A stretch of 64,000 nt of DNA, from NCBI GenBank assembly GCA_963514005.1, contig OY740782.1:122636001-122700000 (forward strand). Direction: 5' to 3'. This document shows, one piece after another, positions 1 to 13,250 of this stretch. The position numbers and the translations under genes were made by a program. Below the pieces are notes generated by a model that saw only the letters and a list, made by a program, of their open reading frames with translations, was not told the origin of the DNA and searched no databases. This DNA is from Raja brachyura. Taxonomy: Eukaryota. Every line of letters starts with the position of its first letter. The stretch's first letter is position 1.

Positions 1-195
1 GGGCACTGTCTGTATGGAGTTTGTACCTTCTTTTGTGTCCGCGTGGGTTTTCTCCTTGTGCCACGGTTTCCTCCAACACTACAGAAAATTGTATAATGTT
101 CCTAGTGTGTAGGATAGTGCTAATGTGGTCGCTGGTCGGCGCAGACTCGATGGGCCGAAAGGCCTGATTCCTCTCTGTTTCTCTAAAGTCTAAAG
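1..195 (+). mobile_element. HE1-like V-SINE, 3' part
   Basis: Same body as 23708-24026 (GTCTGTATGGAGTTTGTAC...GTGTGTAGGATAGTG...GGGCCGAAAGGCCTG) with a (TCTAAAG)n tail. Confidence 0.75.
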
Positions 196-3100
196 AAACT
201 CCAATGATCTGTCATGCTTAGAACTTTAGTGGAGCTGGAGTGGTGGATTTCTAAACTATAGGATGTAATTCCTATTTATACTTCAAGACTTTTTCTTTAG
301 ATATTACACAGTTTTAAAATATTTTCCACGTGAAACTGGACTATTTAAAGGGAATGGGGGAACTAGGGCCTGGTATCAGAAAGACTCAAAAGGCCCATAT
401 GATCCAATTCTGTTTCAATTTCTTATGTTCACAAAGGGAAATTCTAAGCCATTATTGAATAATTGATTTAGATGTTTGTTTAATCAAATATTTATTATCA
501 AGCCTATTTCATTTGAACATTTCATTGAAATGTTTGTTTCAAGAAGTCTACAGATCTTTGTTTGCTGTTAGAATAGTTCTTTGGGTTAGATGATTCCAAT
601 TGAAATCCAAATAAATTGAGGACTAGAGTTTCCATTAGACGAATACAATACATTTTCAGTAATCACTGGGTATGTCACTGTAATAGCAAAATACTTTTCA
701 TTACTTGATTTGAGATTGCAGCAGTTCACGAGGGAGACAGGTTTGACCCCTAGCACTATGGTATCTGCTTTCAGTGTGATTAGTGAATTTATGGGTGTAA
801 CGTAATGTGGAACATGTGTATTATTCTTTGTAGAAAAAAAACAAATTGGCATGCTACCATTGCTAGGTGGAAGAAATAGCCCTGCTAGGTGTAAGAAACG
901 GCATATTTTCCACACAGAACCTAGTAATATAGGAAGTAGAGCAGAAGTATTTTATCCATTATTGAATGAGATCATAATCAATATATATTCTAACTACATC
1001 CACCTGCCCTGGATTCATATCACACAATATTCCTGGCCTGCAAAAAATGTCCAAGCTAAGATTTAAAATTAATGACAGAATCTCATTTTTTAAGAAGTAC
1101 TTTCACCCTTTTGTCACCAGAAGTATTTCCTTACTTAGCTTAGCTTAGAGATACAATGTAGGAACATTCGACCGTATCGACTATCCTTTTGAATAGCATG
1201 GCTACAGTCTTAATGTCCCTTGTCCCAAATTCTCTCATAAATTATTCCTATTTAGTTAATTCCTTTAATAATCTTCTAACATTCCCAACAGAAAGAAATT
1301 GTGTGTGAAATCACAACAAGAAAGAACTTACAGTTGCGATTTTGATTATTAAATTAGTGTGTACTTTTATACCGTCCCGCGTATAATTTCCAGGTGCTAA
1401 TTGTTTACGTTGGACTGGGCACATTTCTGATGTTTGTTTATTGACTCAAACCTATCAGTTACTTGAGAAAATAGTTTAACAGAATAATGTTTTTATGATG
1501 CAGATTTAAATTCTAATTTCTATTGAACCAAGTTATTAGTCAAACAGGATAATTAGCTCATATGCATTATCGGCAAAAATTAGATCAGTGGTCATTATGA
1601 TTGTAGTTATTTTCACAATAGATGGAAAAGTCTGAAAATATAGTTCAATTGCTCCATAGTTGCAAAATATAGTTCAGTCGACATCAGTAAATAGCTGTAT
1701 TCAACTCATGATTGTAGGAAACATTTTGTCAGGTAATCGATTCACTAAAAATGGAAAAATGATAACTTAAACGAGAGAGATTAAAGATACAAGAATACAC
1801 GAGCTGGAACTGTCTGGATATCATTAATAAACTTTAATCTAAGGATAATTGAAATAACTAATATAATTACACCCTCAAAGTACTATAACTTTAAGGTTAA
1901 CGATTAACCATAATCATTCTCAATTGCAGTTAATGTTGATAATAATCACCACTGGGAGGAAATCTTTATCATCTTTCGTCATACTTCTTAGAAGCCAGAT
2001 TTCAGTGATTCAATTAACCTCTCATGGACTATATCAAGTCAGTGAAATGACCCTTCATGTGTGCTTCCATCTAGAATCAGTCCTTTGACAATGAGCAAAA
2101 TAATGAAATGCACATGCTGCTCAATATCAATGGCATCTATGCTGTGAAAAATACATTTTGTACAGTGTCGAAGTTACGACAGCAAATGAAATGAAATTAT
2201 CATTTGTGTGTGATTGTACATGCTCGCACGATTATGTTACAGTAAATATTGTAGTTGAAATTAAATTACCAATGTTATTCAGTAATTAGTTTCTAATGCA
2301 AATTTCAACATCTTTTCTTACAGCTTCTTTCAATCAGTTTTGTTGTGAATTAATCTGGTTTGCCTTTAAGAATGTCTTTATCTTTTTACATTGCATAATT
2401 CACTGCCCTGATTTTAGCAAATAAAGAAAACTAGTTTATCTTGTAAAACTGCTATTAAATTGTTCTAATAGGGTTTTGTATTAACATAATTGAATCCATT
2501 AAAATTAAAAATATTGATTAAAAATGGAACATAACAGCATACCAAGAATATAAAAATGTATTTTTTAGCTTCATATCATGAATATAAATTTCATTAGGAA
2601 TGTGTTGCTATTTCCTTAAAATATATATTAAACAGATATGTAATAAAATGTAAATATATATGAACTGTCGTAGGGCACAATAATCTACCTATGCAGCTGT
2701 GTGCAGCTCTTATCAATATCATCAACCATACTTAAGAATAGCAATAAGTAGTATTAGTGCAAAGTTAGCACGTTTCTCAAAGTGTCTTTGGAAATGCATT
2801 AGTGCCAGGGCAGCTACATTCTAACATAGGTTACACTTTCTGAATAACATGAGTACTTACTATGGTACCATTAACATCTATATAAAACTACAGGTTGCAC
2901 AACTTTGTTTTCTAGATCTTCTGTTAGTCTGAAGAAGGGTCGCCCATTCCTTCTCTCCAGAGATGCTGCCTATCCCGCTGAATTACTCCAGCATTTTGTG
3001 TCTATCTTCATATACCGTTACGTTATCAATTATTTTAAGAAGTTCCCTTTTCATGTCCACCCATGCCACAATAAACTTTATTTTGATTATATATAGTTAT

Positions 3101-4844
3101 AATAATCATTTCCTTTTAGGTTGACCTGTTGGCTATTCCAATGTAATTACTGCTGTCTCTATTTTGTACTTGTCCTATTCTTTGTTCCTAGCCATAGTTG
3201 ATCTTACAAAAATAAATTAGATATGTGGAAAAGTATAATTTTCGGGTGCAGTGGATCCTTGTACAAGTAGCAGAATCAATCCAGGTAATGTAATTCCTGT
3301 AACATTCATTAACATGTTTGTGCTTTATTGTCACATGTACCGAGGAATAGTGAAATTCATTTTTGCACACAGTTCAGTACGTATTACTATATAAGTGTTA
3401 CTATACATAAGCACCTTAGATTAAAGGCAAGTGTAAAGGAATAGTACAGTGAGACTGCATACAAGAATCATCAGAATTTGGTGCCATATTCAAGCCCCAC
3501 TAAATAAGTGCAGAGTTTCTTAACCGGGCCATGAAGACCCATGGTCTTGGCGGCGTAGCAGGGTCGGCCTGGCCAAGCGTAGCCATTGGTGTCTTCCACC
3601 GCTGCTCCACCACTTAGTGCAGCTGCAGGCCGCATCCAGTCCACGTGCTCGGCCCCCTGGAGCGGCGCCTGTTCCAGCCGAGCCCCAGGTTGTTACAGGG
3701 CCTCCAGCGGCCCATCACTGTCGAGGTGCACTGCACTTCCTCCTGCAGCAGGTCAGCTTACCTTGCCTCTGCCGCTACCATCTTGGATATCTTTGTGCCT
3801 TTTTCCAGTGTCTGCCACCAACTGCCTCCATCCTCGAGATGCTCACCTTCTTGCCAAACTCAGAATAAAATCCCACAAGCATCTTTGTGGCCCTTAAGTT
3901 ATGCAATGTAAATATTACATACAAACAACATATAAAAATGTATACAATTCTACTATTATAATAGTCATAATATGCATTATTTGAAATATCTTATTTCAGG
4001 CTTGTGGGGGGGAATGCAACCTTAGAATAAAGAGTTTCTGAATTGGAGGGATGGAGTGATAGAGGTAAAGGAATTTACAGTAAAAAAAACAGCACCTTAA
4101 GCCAAGCAAGCCTATACTGGCCATCGGCCACTCATTCATCCCATTTTATTTATACCTATCAACTCTCCAGCACTCACCTACACATGAGGACTAATTGCAA
4201 TGGCTAATTAATGTGCTCTGAGATGTGGGAGGAAACCCACATAGTTTTGGTTAGTAGTCAGCAGTCAAGGTCAGAATTTATTCCTGGTCTCCGGCACTGT
4301 GAGACAGCAGCTCTACTCCACAGTGCCGGCCTGAAACAAAGGATATTTAATTATTGAAATATAATAATATTGAATTTGCAATTGTGTCACATCTGGACGA
4401 ATGTGGATATGAAAATTTGATTAAACTGTGTATGACAGACAAAGGAAATCTGAAATAAAATTGGAAAACACTGGAAATATACCAGTCACAAGGAGAGAAA
4501 AAACAGTTATTGATATCTGGACTTTCTCTACCACTAAATGTATTTTTCATCTTCAGACATTGCCCACCTTAGGTTCACACTTAGCACCATGGAGTGCTAA
4601 AACCATCTACAACTTTAGCACCTTGATTATTCAGTGCTCTTTGGTCAGCTTCCTGCACCTTCCTTAGTATAAAGTGACCTGTGCTCCCAGAAACATATAC
4701 CATATTATTATGTCTTGCTTCTCCATGACGTTATGCTCCCTGACTATCGCTGAACAATGTCATCAAAGAGTTAAGAGCACCCCTTATATCAGTAGCCCCT
4801 TGCAATTCCTAATCTTGTCTCCTCATCTCTAAATTCTTGCCTTA

Positions 4845-5100
4845 TTGGGTGGTGAATCTGTGGAATTCTTTGCCACAGAAGGCTGTGGAGGCCATCAATG
4901 GATATTTTTAAGACAAAGATAGATAGATTCTTGATTACTGCGGGTGTCGGGGGTTATGGCGAGAAGGCAGGAGAATGGGGTTTGGAGGGAGAGATAGATC
5001 AGCCATGATTGAATGACAATGACATGATTCAAATGATATTGAATGACAATGACATTTGATAGGCCAAATAGCCAATTCTGTTCCTATCACTTATGACCTT
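4845..5100 (+). mobile_element. CR1 LINE 3' end fragment
   Basis: GTGGTGAATCTGTGGAATTCTTTGCCACAGAAGGCTGTGGAGGCC (VVNLWNSLPQKAVEA) followed by the CR1 3' UTR. Confidence 0.8.
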
Positions 5101-5577
5101 TTATTACCTTATGACTTTATTTCCCTCATTGTACATCACTGTTGACCTCAGTTCCTTCACCTCCACAGTAAGCCAGGGGACACAACAACATGATTAGGTT
5201 ACTCAATCCCTTGAGGCTGTCCTGCCATTTAATGAGATCACAACCACAACCTCAATTCATAAATCTGCCTTTGCTCCTATGGAAAATCTTTGACAAACAA
5301 AAATCTATCAATCTCAAATTTAATTTAAATATTGACTTGTAATCACCTTCCATTTGTGAAGGAGAGTTTTGCACTTCCACCATCCTCTGCATTTTGAGAT
5401 GTTTTCACTTCCAAAACACCTGGTCGTAATTTTTAGGTTATGCTTCCCAACATTCAGCTCATAGTCACACAGCGTGGAAACAGGCCCTTCAGCCCAACTT
5501 GCCCATGTCGACCAACACGCCCCATCTACATTAGTCCCACCTGCCTGCTTTTAGCCCATATCCCTCTAAACCTCTAA

Positions 5578-6445
5578 AAAGAACTGCAGATGCTGGTTTA
5601 TCCCAAAGTTAGACACAAAATGCTGGAATTACTCAGCAGGACAGGCAGTATCTCTGGATAAAAAGGATGGGTGATGTTTCGGGTCGGGATACTTCTTCAA
5701 ACCGATTGTAGGCAGGTGGGGTGGGGGGGGGGGGTGGGGACTGGAAGTCAGAAAAAACACAGGGTAAATAGGGGCTGGCAAAATATGAGTTCAGGCAAGT
5801 ACGTTCCCTGACAAGCTGATTGTTGTCTAGAGACGATGTGAGCCCAAGAAAGATATATGGCAGCAAACTGTGGATCTGATTAACAAACTGTTAGTGAAGA
5901 AAGGGGGAGGAAGGAAGGGGAGGGAGAGGAAGGTTTTGTAGAGGTTACCTAAAATTGGAGAATATTGTGTTCATACTGCTGGGTTGTAAGCTACCCAGGT
6001 GAAATAGGTACTGTTCCTCCAATTTGTGTGTGGTCTCACTCTGGCAATGAAGAGGATCCAGGATAGAAACACCGGTTCTGGAATAGGAAAGGGACTTATA
6101 GTTATCAATCAGTATGGGAATGGGTGCATTTTGTGTCTTGGGCCTCCTCCATCGCCAGAGTGTGCACCCCCCCCTTCTTCCACTAAAGGACCATTAATCA
6201 GTGCCATGGCTTGCAACTATATATCCCTCGTGGGCTCACACCATCTCTAGTCAACAATCAGCCTATCAGGGAATCTCCTTGTCTGAGGTCATGTGTTGCC
6301 AGCCCCCATTTGTCCTTTTTTTCATCTCGCTTCCAATCCCCTCCCCCCGCACTACAATCAGTCTGAAGAAGGGTCCTGACCAGAAACAGCACCTATTCCT
6401 TTTCTCCATAGATGCTGCCTGACCCATTGAGTTACTCCAGTAATT
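5578..6445. mobile_element. Penelope-like element relic with inverted ends
   Basis: Minus-strand remnant of the GIY-YIG C-terminus (~5945-6065, ...KLEEQ...LGSLQPS.MN...FSNFR*), flanked by oppositely oriented copies of the GATGCTG...ACTCAGC...CAGCATCT terminal repeat. Confidence 0.7.
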
Positions 6446-7419
6446 GTATTCACATCCACCACTTCCTCCGGCAGCTCATTTCATCTATGCACCAACATCA
6501 GTGTGAAAACAAATTCCCCCCAGGTCCCTTTGAAATCTTTTCCCTTTCACCTTAAACCTATGGCCTCTAGTTTTTGACTTCAGGTGGTTTTAATTTCAGA
6601 TGATGACTGTCTTCAATATTTACCTTTTCCACTTCCTTCAGACTGTTACTCTCCGATTTGTTTGGGAGAAATAATGTTTATTTGTTTTCGTCAGTTTTCA
6701 TCTCTTTACGAATCAGTTGCATTTGTTGTGGAATAGTGTGAATTTCTTAAATATTTAAATAACTAACTGGGAAAGTTCAAAGGGAAGGCAGTCAGAGGAA
6801 TGAGATAGTCAACTCTGAGACTTGGAAAGGGCTTGAGAGAAGCTGGAGAAAGACAAATATTTATAAACGAGCTAAATGAACGGTTGGGCAAATGAATGAA
6901 TGGGCACAAATTACTTTAAAGGTGAGTCCATTTGCTAATCCTTATTCTTTCATTTTAAATTGTCAATGAAGTTAGATAAATTACAAAAGTTATGATTTGC
7001 TGTGAAATTTGTAGTTGAAAGCCAATTTCTTGTTATAATGTGGCTCATGCAAATGCTGGAAATCACCTCTTGTTCCCTATCCTCTTAAATACACAGCATG
7101 TCTTTGTAATGAGGAACTAGGAACCCTTTTTATTATGTAACATGGCAATAAAATGAAAAACATTTCACAGCATAGAATGTTTAATGATTTTTTTCTTCCT
7201 TTCTTTGCTACAATTCATATCACCATTGACTTTCTGGCTGCCAAATTCCAATAAAATTTGACTTTGACAGACTATGAAGGAAAAATCTTGTGTATTGGCT
7301 ATTATTTATCCCTCAGAAGACATCAATGAAACAAATAATCAGATCATGTTTTGGGACTTGGGTGTCCTTGTACTAAAGTCAGATTTATTGCAAGAGAATT
7401 TGAATACATGAATATTCGT

Positions 7420-8960
7420 AGGGCTATACAGCATGGAAACAGGCCCTTTCCAATTTGCCCAACCAAGCAAGTCCCATTTGTCAGCGTTAGGCCCAATTCT
7501 CTTCAAACATTTTCTGCATTGCCAGCATCAATCATCTTGCTCACTTCTTCAATAAACTCAATCAAATTGATGGGATATGCTTTCCCATCCACAAAGCCAT
7601 GCTGACTATCCCTAATTAGTCTTTGCCTTTCCAAATACTGGTAGATCCTGTCTATTAGAATGCTCTCTAATAACGTACCTGCAACTGGTGTTATGTTTAT
7701 CATTTGTAGTTCACAGCTTTTCCTTGCTGCCTTTATTAAATAGAGACAAAACATTAGCCACCCTCCAGTTGCAGTATTCAAGTATTGATTTACAATTATG
7801 CAGGGCCATGGTGAGTTCATACCTGGTGTTTTGTGTACAATTTTAGTCTCCTTACCTAAAGAAGAAAATCGTTGCGATAGAAGGAGTGCAATGAAGATTC
7901 ACAATATTGTGCCAGTAGATCTGTCATATAGAATACAGAACTGTACAGCATAGGAACAAGCACTTTGGCCCATAAAGTCTGTGCTGAACATAATGCCAAG
8001 TTAACATTAAATGTCAACCTCCTTAGCTGCATGTTATCCATATCCCTCCATTCCCTGCATAGTCAAGTGCCCATCTAAAAGCCTGTTATACACAACAATA
8101 ATATCTGCAATAATCACCACCCCTGGCAACATGTTCCAGGCACCCGCCACTCTGTGCAAAAAACATTACCCATCTTTTTTAAACATTGCCCCTCTCACAT
8201 AAATATACTTGCTCATATTTGATATTTCCTTCCTTGGTAAAGGTTCTGACTATCTAGGCTATCTTCACCTCTCATAATTTATATACTTCTCCCAGGTGTC
8301 CCCCCCCCCCCCCCCCCCCCCTCCCCCATATAAAACCATCCAAGTTTGTCCAACCTCTCCTTTTAGTTAAAACCCTGGTTAACCCAGGCAGCATTTTATC
8401 AAACCTGTACCCTCTCCAAAGTCTCCACACCCTTCCTGTAGTGGGGCAACAATATGAGGAAAGGTTGAGTAGAAGGTAGACACAAAATGCTGGAGTAACC
8501 CAGCAGGTGAGGCAACATTTCTGGAGCAAAGGAATGGGCAACGTTTCGGGTCAAGACCCTTCTTCAGACTGACTGAAAGGTTGAGTAGGTTTGGCCTTCA
8601 TGCTCTAGAATTCAGAAGAAGGACAGGCGATTTTATTGAGAAATATAAAATATTAGAGAGTTAGTTAGGATTGAGGTCAATTGCATATTTCACCTACATA
8701 GGATGCATAGAAATGGAGGTCAGTCTCATAAAGGTTTCAGGCCTTTCCAAGTGAAAAGAAGGTCCATTTTTCCAATGAGAGGATGGTATAATTTTGAAGT
8801 TCTCTACCTCTGAGGTTTGCGAAAGCTTTGTCATTGATTTCCCAATTTTGAGAAATTGTTGGATACGGAGGGAGAACAGAAATATTAAAGTTGATGTTGA
8901 AATTTGGGTTCATGAGGCTGAATGCTTGCTCCTGCTCCAATTGCTTCTAATCTTTTGTTT
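7420..8960. mobile_element. Cluster of nested, degraded CR1 fragments with a PLE-derived insert (8474-8575)
   Basis: Minus ORF 7503-7820 contains LESIL.DRIYQYLERQRLIRDSQHGFVDGK..INLIEF (CR1 RT region); CR1 3' ends in both orientations. Confidence 0.7.
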
Positions 8961-11900
8961 TTATTTACATCTTTGCTATTTGTGGGCAGGGTTATGATAC
9001 AATGCAACAGCACTTTCACTCCAAAAATAAATTTACACTTATCAATCTGCAAAAACTCATTGGGATATCCTAAAGTCATGAAAAGTGTCATTTCAATAAA
9101 GATTTTTTTTTGCACCTTTACAGTAAAAGCCTTCATAAGATTGAATGGATGCCAATTGTTGCTCTGAGTTCACTGATGTCCAGAAATCTCATATAATTTC
9201 ATTTCAGAATTGTTGGCTTTTGTAGAAGGTAGTGAGCAAGAATATGCCATTGGGGAGGGGGAGGGAAGGTTATTGTGCATCTGGTGTGCTTGAACCAAAT
9301 CATGTCAATCTCTCTTGAGGTTTCTCAGCATGAAACGCATGTGGCCTACCAGTTCAACAATACTTCTAATTTAATTTTCTTGGCTGAAGATTTTACTGAG
9401 AAATATAAAAACTGCTGACTGTTTCATCGTTGATCTGTTAAGTAATGTGAAATAATAACATAAAGTTCTGGAAACAGTAAGCCAGGCAGCATCTGTTAGG
9501 ACGAACATGATTGTTTTAGGTTAATAAGCTTTCATTAGATTTAATGTGATTGCTTTAACCTAGGTGCTCAAGTTTATTTCTGTCACCCTCTTCCCGCCCA
9601 TTTGTGCCTACTGCTTATCAGATAATATGAGAAAAGGTAATGTATGTTTGTGCTAGGACTCCTGAGGAGACATCAAAATGGTGATAATTATTTACTGCGC
9701 CCTTGCAAGGACATATGATTAATTATCAGTCTAGATAAAGGCCCCATAGCAGAAGCGTCCATGTCGCGGGGCTAGAAACTGGAAGTATCCTGAGCTAATT
9801 CTGCTACCACCATCATCTAATGCAACAAGTGATGGCTCCCACTGATTGTCGCCGGAAGCTTGCGTCCTTTTCAGGAAGGATGATGGGAACGATGTCAACA
9901 TTTGAAACATGGTAGATGGACATGAAAGAAGAAGTCTAGATGAAGGGTCTTGACCGAAAATGCCAACCCTCCATTTCCATCCACAGATGCTGACTGACCC
10001 AGTGAGTTCCTAACACTACTTTTTTGCTTTGTTGTGCATAACTATTAACAGCTGTTGTGGGAAGTAACATACGTGAACTCAAATGCAAATTAATTTCTTG
10101 AGGTATTTTTACCTGATAGGAAAGCGACAAAATCAGTCGCTATCCAGATATAGAGTCTCGACCCGAAATGTTGTCTGGCCATTTCCCTCCACAGAAGCTG
10201 CCTGACCTGCTGAGCTGTTCTGGTAGTTTTGTTTTGGTCCTGATTCCAGCATCTGCAGTCTCTTGTGTCTCCTGACACTCGGGTAATTTATCATTTAGTA
10301 TATTATAGTCAATCCATTGTCTTGGGAAAGCTTATCGCCCGCATTAACATCCATATTCAACATCAAGCAATAATTATGACCAGAAAATAAAGTCAAGAGT
10401 CAAATTTTTATTGTCGTATGTCCCGGACGGGACAATGAAATTCTTACTTGCTGATAATTAGCAGATTTCTTTCAGTGCACAAATTTCATTTTTTTTAAGT
10501 ACACTATAAGCTACCTGTTTGGTTTACAATAGATCATAACCTGCTGCATTGTTAGGATAGTTTGCAAACTGAGAGCTATTGTGTCAATCACTTAATTATT
10601 GGATTTACGGATTTGATGGTTGTCAACCAATAAGATTGTGGTTAATTTGTTTGTTGTCAATTTGTGAAATGACAGATAATAGTCTGCCCTTGCAAGGGTG
10701 CAGTAAATAATTATCCACATTTTGATGTCTCCTCATGAGTCCTAGCACAAACATACATTATCTTGACTCGTATTAATGACAGATAATCATTTACAGCAGC
10801 CAATTATCCTACAAACTTGCATGTTTAGAAGTGGGGAGAAACTGGAGCATCCCAAGGAAACCTACATGGTCACAGAGAAAACATGTAAACTACACACAGA
10901 CAGCCCTCGAGTTCAGGATCGAACCTGGGTATCCGGCCCTGCAAGGCAGCAGCTCTACCTGTTGCAACACTGTGCTGTGTCTGATGGTGGACTATGCATT
11001 TTGGGAGAGAGGGGCTGAACCCAGATTTACGTGGCCTTGTGTGCAAGATGTGAGCCAATAAGCTTGGCAAAATAAAGTAGCAGGAAAATTGAAAATATTT
11101 TTTAAGTTACTACCACAGTTTTTAGCTGAAATAAAAATGCCTAGAGCGATATTCCGAAAAACACAAAAGAGTTTTGAATTATTTCTTTGCCAATGCACGT
11201 AAATTAAGCTTGAGGCCGCAATGTGATTTAAATATACAGTTTATCAGTGCTATTATTACCATAAGACAGCTTTATTTTCATTTTCCTATTTCTAATGTTT
11301 CATTTTAACCTACAGAGGAATTTCTGGTCTCTGCCCAAAACGTAACTAGGTGTTTGACTTAGCAGAACTGACAGCTGATGACCTCAATGTAATGTACTGG
11401 AAAAGAAAATGCATAATCCATATTTGAAAATACTTGGAATTGTTTCAAAAATTGCTTTTGTTTCATTTGAAGCATAAAGACGATCTGACCACCAACATAT
11501 TGAATGAAGCTTGTGTGGGAATGTAACAAGGGCTCCACAAAATACTTCCAATGGCTCAGAGGGTAAGTGCAGTGGATCTGGCACTAATAAAGAATGCTCA
11601 AAACTTTGTTCCAGGATTGTGCTGAACTCTGTGATTTAGAAATGGGCACCAATGGGGCTCAACAGACTGATACAGCATGTCTGGACTAAAGGGGAAATCT
11701 TGGTCTTAGTTTCTGATCATTATCCAATGACCTTGACTAAAAATGTGTATGTGGATTTCATGTGAGCTTGGGACTTGGCTGTGATGGTAAAGCAGCCAGC
11801 CAACACTCACTTTGAAAAGAAACATAGGGCTTACATTTATATTACACCTCTCATGACCTCAAGACATCTCACAACTTTCCACAGCCAAACAAGTACTTTG

Positions 11901-13047
11901 TTAAAATGGTTAGATTTAATTAATGTCTTCTTCACTGAGGTATGAGTGACTAGAGTCTGTGGAAGAGATCACAGAGTTTAAGAACCACTGGTTTGGAATA
12001 GAATACCTTCCATATTCAAACAGCGCAGTTGGAAAAGTAAGATAATGTTGCGCATGCTAAATTAGCCATGTAACGCCAAGAGCCATGGGCAGGAGGGCCC
12101 CTGTGCTGTGAGATTAAGGGAATACAATTGGTTAGGGTTGAAGAGTATAAATTCAGATTGGACAGATACCCTAAAGTTTTGCTTGATTACCCCAGGGTAG
12201 GATTTGAGAAGAAACCAAGTAGAACTTCCTATTGTAGAAAGAAGGGAGGGAATATTGTTCATATGTTTGCATACTCTATAAACACCAACAAGCATAGCTG
12301 CACCTGATGACCATTGAAACACAGGTATTATTGCCAGTATGCGAAAGAAAAAGTGAGAATTCCCCTAGAATTCATAGCCAACAAAAATATTGAAGAAACA
12401 CATTGGAGCACTGCTCTAAAACATACAGAAGCCATAGCAACTAAGGAAAACAATTTGCATTTGAATATACTTTTGTTGCTGCAGGAACACCCCAAGGAAA
12501 TAAGTACGACATAAATAGACTTGGACTAGCCAGCATGAGAGGTCAAAGTCCCTCTTCTACTTGGAATGCATTCCTGAACTGGGAGATGAGGCTATCCAGC
12601 TTATGAAATTGACTTTTGATTACCAGACAGCCTTTGATAAAATTCCCTGTTCTTTAAAGAGGTTGAAAGCTCATTAATTAATGGAAAATTGGCTAGTTAT
12701 TTGGAAAACTGGTTTAAATAGAAAGCAGAAGGTGCTGATAAATGGAAGATGTTTATTTTAGGTAGTTGGCAATGTCAAGCAGTCCTGTAGGCTTCTTTTT
12801 CCTGAATCCTTTCTATTTGTATCATGTATAAATTGTTGAATGTTGTGTTGTTATTGCAGATGCCAATTGATTTTGCAAGATGGCAACAACAGGTAAGATA
12901 TAGTCTTGTGGCATCAAGCCACATATGGTCTATAAAACCTCCTAGTGATTTCTCCTCCATATTGAGCACCACTTGTAGAAAGCATTGAGGGTAACAAGAG
13001 TTTACGCTAAGTGAGGGAATTCAATATCCATCACCAAGACTGACTTG

Positions 13048-13250
13048 TGTAGGAAAGAACTGCAGATGCTGGTTTAAATTAAAGGTAGACACATAATGCT
13101 GGAGTAACTCAGCGGGACAGGCAGCATCTCTGGAGAGACGGAATAGGTGACGTTTCTGAAGAAGGGTCTCGACCCGAACGGCCACCGATTCCTTCTCTCC
13201 AGTGATGCTGCCTGTCCCACTGAGTTACTCCAGCATTTTGTGTCTACCAC
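13048..13250. mobile_element. Fold-back non-autonomous Penelope-derived element
   Basis: Arms GGTAGACACA..TGCTGGAGTAACTCAG..CAGCATC and their reverse complement; flanked by direct repeat GACTGACTTG (13038-13047, 13251-13260). Confidence 0.75.

Noticed and set aside
3586-3911. Three overlapping GC-rich ORFs (83-103 aa)
   Set aside because: No recognisable domain; open frames are expected from high GC; attached to a retroposon tail.
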